Part shown: positions 61,426 through 64,000 of the stretch, in pieces
Layout: every line of letters starts with the position of its first letter
Position numbering within the stretch: position 1 is the first letter of the stretch
Assembly (NCBI GenBank): GCA_002379855.1
Contig: DFUX01000036.1
Coordinates: 4,327-68,326, forward strand
Length of the DNA stretch: 64,000 nucleotides
Reading direction: 5' to 3'
Source of the DNA: Cloacimonetes bacterium UBA4175
GTDB taxonomy: Bacteria; Cloacimonadota; Cloacimonadia; Cloacimonadales; Cloacimonadaceae
Notes under the pieces: generated by a model
Told to the model about the DNA's origin: nothing
Seen by the model: only the letters and a program-made list of their open reading frames with translations
Database searches by the model: none
Program-made: the position numbers and the translations under genes

Positions 61426-62901
61426 ATGAGATCATATAAAAGTATTATCATAACTCTTGCCTTGTTGCTTGCCGTGGCAGTTCTTTCCGCCTGGTCCATC
61501 ACAGACACCTATTTTGGAAACAAGATTATTGCCATGGGCGCCCGCAATCAGGCCATGGGCGGCATCGGCGTTTTTGACGACATGCGTCCTTCGGGGTTCA
61601 GCATCAACCCTGCCAACCTGACCCTGATGGATATAACTGTGGGCCTGGAAGGCTCAGCTTTGCTGAACCGCGACGAGGACAACCGTAGCGTGCCCCTCTA
61701 CAACTCTTTCGATGCCTATATCGACGACGCGGTGTATGTTTCTAACATCAATTTCTTCTACGACTACGCCCTGGCTGGATTTGCCTCCTACGATGTGATA
61801 GAAAATGGCCGGATAGGCCTGGGTATCTCCCACAAGCCTCTGCTCAGTTTTGAAGGCATCTATGAAGAGGAGATTCGCAACAACCGCAATACGGATTACG
61901 ATAAATACGCCGACAAGCTTGCGGTGAACATGATCGAAAACAAAGGCACCCTGAACCAGTTTGACAATGTGCTCAGTCTGGGCTATGAACTTGGAGACGA
62001 GGTCAGCCTGAACGCTGGCATGGCCTACCTGATTCTGGACGGCTATGCCAAGAGCGCCAAGACTATCCGTTGGACTCCCGAGGCCTACAACCTGCTTCGG
62101 GAAAACAATATCAGCGATCCTGAAGATGTATTGCCGGACTATACCCTCACCGAAAATGTGAATTACTCCGGCAACCGTTGGAAACTCGGCACTGCCATAC
62201 GCCTCAATAATATATTGGGCTTTGGCGTCACTTATACAGAAAAAACCGAGCTCGACCGGAAAGGCAAGACCCGTGAGATCAACGAAGAATGCCTGGCCTG
62301 GGATGCTTCCGATGAAAGCACCGAGATTGACGAGAAGTATCTGCTGCCCTCGGAATTGAGAGTCGGCTTCAACTATCAGCCCCGCAACATCATGCGCACC
62401 TGGTTCAATATGGATGTGGAGCTTGTGAAGTGGAGCCAGATGGGAAAGAACTATGACGACCAGTATAACTTTTATGTGGGCGTGGAACACCATGTGACCA
62501 ACCGCCTCCCCCTGCGTCTGGGTTTCAACACCGTCAACAGCTACTTCCGCAGTAGCGAGCTGGTGACCGGGGATCTGGATGATGATCCTTCCACTCCGGA
62601 CGAGACCATAATGGTATATACCCCCACCAAGTATATCAGCCCTGCTATCACAGCCGGTTCAAGCGTGAACATCTCCAAGAGCTTTACTTTCGACCTGGCC
62701 ATTGCCTACACCTGGCGCGAGTATCAGGCTCTGGACCTCTTTATGGATACCTATTACGACGACACCCATTACACCGGGCTGAACAACGAAGTGCTGTGGC
62801 CCAACACCTATATAGAGCTTAAGGATCGCGGTTGGGAAAATCCCGACCAGGTGCGCGAAAACATCATCAGTCTCACAACAAGCCTTAGCTTCAAATGGTA
62901 A
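61426..62901 (+). CDS. FadL/PorV-like outer-membrane beta-barrel
   Basis: Signal peptide, GARNQAMGG...NPANL hatch motif, LPSELRVG, LRLG, terminal SFKW; GGAGG RBS. Confidence 0.75.
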   Translation: MRSYKSIIITLALLLAVAVLSAWSITDTYFGNKIIAMGARNQAMGGIGVFDDMRPSGFSINPANLTLMDITVGLEGSALLNRDEDNRSVPLYNSFDAYIDDAVYVSNINFFYDYALAGFASYDVIENGRIGLGISHKPLLSFEGIYEEEIRNNRNTDYDKYADKLAVNMIENKGTLNQFDNVLSLGYELGDEVSLNAGMAYLILDGYAKSAKTIRWTPEAYNLLRENNISDPEDVLPDYTLTENVNYSGNRWKLGTAIRLNNILGFGVTYTEKTELDRKGKTREINEECLAWDASDESTEIDEKYLLPSELRVGFNYQPRNIMRTWFNMDVELVKWSQMGKNYDDQYNFYVGVEHHVTNRLPLRLGFNTVNSYFRSSELVTGDLDDDPSTPDETIMVYTPTKYISPAITAGSSVNISKSFTFDLAIAYTWREYQALDLFMDTYYDDTHYTGLNNEVLWPNTYIELKDRGWENPDQVRENIISLTTSLSFKW

Positions 62902-62909
62902 GGTACCCA

Positions 62910-64000
62910 ATGAGAAAACTATTGCTGACAGCGGCGCTGGGACTGGCTTTGATAGCTGGCCTCAGTGCCGAAGACCTGCGTCTGGACATTATGTTCAGCA
63001 ACGATATCCATGGCGGCATCGACCGTTCGCAGGCCACCTTCATGAATCCTGACTTCCCCCCTCAACTGGGCGGGGGAGCCTCAGCCGCCACCCTCATCAA
63101 GCATGTGCGCGCGATGGGAGGCCCCAAACGTGCTTCCCTGCTGCTGGACGCGGGTGATTTCTTCCAGGGACGCCCGGTGGGAACGGTTACCAAGGGCAAG
63201 GCTGTGATTGACTATATGAACGCCATCGGTTACGATGCCATGACAATCGGCAACCACGAATATGACATCGCCGACACGGAACTGATCAAGACCCTTGCCG
63301 ACGCCGAGTTTCCCATCCTGTCCTGTAACATAATAGAGCGGCGCACTGGCAAATTGGTCCCCTACACCCTGCCCTACATTATATTGGAAAGGATGGGCGT
63401 GCGCATCGGCATCATCGGCTTCACAACCACCGACACGGAAAAGATGAGCTTCCCCGAGAACATCAAAAACGTGGATTTCGTGGACGAAAAGGAATCCGTG
63501 AGCAAGTATGTGGATATCGTGCGCAACCAGGAGAATGTGGATATCGTTATCGTGCTGGGCCATGCCGGCCTTCCCTACGATGTCGAATCCACCTATCTGA
63601 GCCGTTACGACGCCAAAGGCAATCCACTTCAGAGCGAGCGTTACGCCGCCTGGGGGTGGGATGCCCAGGAAATTGCCCGGGAGGTGCCGGGCATAGACCT
63701 GATCGTCGGTGGCCACATACATAAAGGGTTCCCCAAGCCCTGGATCGATCCCTACTCCCACACAATGGTGGTTCAGGGCTATGCCTACGGCTCCAATCTG
63801 GGCTGGATCACCCTCAAGATTGATCCCGAGACCAAGACCGTGAGCGGTTATGAATTGCCGGCTTTGCGTGAAGGCATGATGATCACCCTCTTTGAGGATC
63901 AGTTCATTCCAGATCCGGAGATTTCCGAGGCCATCGAAGCCCAGGTTGCCATTGCTGAAGAAGGCATGGATGAGATCGTTGGCTCTTCGGCATACCATCT
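62910..64000 (+). CDS. Exported 5'-nucleotidase/UDP-sugar hydrolase family metallophosphoesterase (runs off window)
   Basis: Manual translation: signal peptide MRKLLLTAALG, SNDIHG, LDAGDFFQG, IGNHEYD, LGHAG, GGHIH; absent from the ORF track because there is no stop in the window. Confidence 0.93.
   Translation, partial: MRKLLLTAALGLALIAGLSAEDLRLDIMFSNDIHGGIDRSQATFMNPDFPPQLGGGASAATLIKHVRAMGGPKRASLLLDAGDFFQGRPVGTVTKGKAVIDYMNAIGYDAMTIGNHEYDIADTELIKTLADAEFPILSCNIIERRTGKLVPYTLPYIILERMGVRIGIIGFTTTDTEKMSFPENIKNVDFVDEKESVSKYVDIVRNQENVDIVIVLGHAGLPYDVESTYLSRYDAKGNPLQSERYAAWGWDAQEIAREVPGIDLIVGGHIHKGFPKPWIDPYSHTMVVQGYAYGSNLGWITLKIDPETKTVSGYELPALREGMMITLFEDQFIPDPEISEAIEAQVAIAEEGMDEIVGSSAYH

Overview
64 kb of chromosome from an anaerobic diderm bacterium. 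Ca. Cloacimonadota is inferred from a FlgD-type C-terminal sorting domain, GWxTD/YjbH/PorV-like proteins, Rnf, [FeFe]-hydrogenase, hut genes and PPDK. Housekeeping genes: rnfD (partial), rnfC, dnaE, priA, hutI, hutH, truA, hisS, PMM/PGM, rdgB, ppdK. Notable loci: (1) an AT-rich island after hisS with a RecQ helicase-PRTase fusion plus a DprA-like gene next to a broken transposase, a candidate anti-phage system; (2) a 12-gene [FeFe]-hydrogenase cluster with one HydA but two HydB/HydC pairs, one with bifurcating-type and one with non-bifurcating-type signatures, behind a sensory group-D-like module; (3) a giant-TPR/TolQ/2xTolR/AgmX-PglI operon resembling the myxobacterial Agl-Glt core; (4) a ComEA-HhH outer-membrane protein + FadL/PorV-like barrel + 5'-nucleotidase operon; (5) five intergenic copies of a ~110-120 bp palindromic element with a 47-bp four-site core; (6) a membrane pseudokinase-FGE fusion. 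No rRNA, tRNA or CRISPR array was recognised. All calls come from motif reading by eye; no searches were run.
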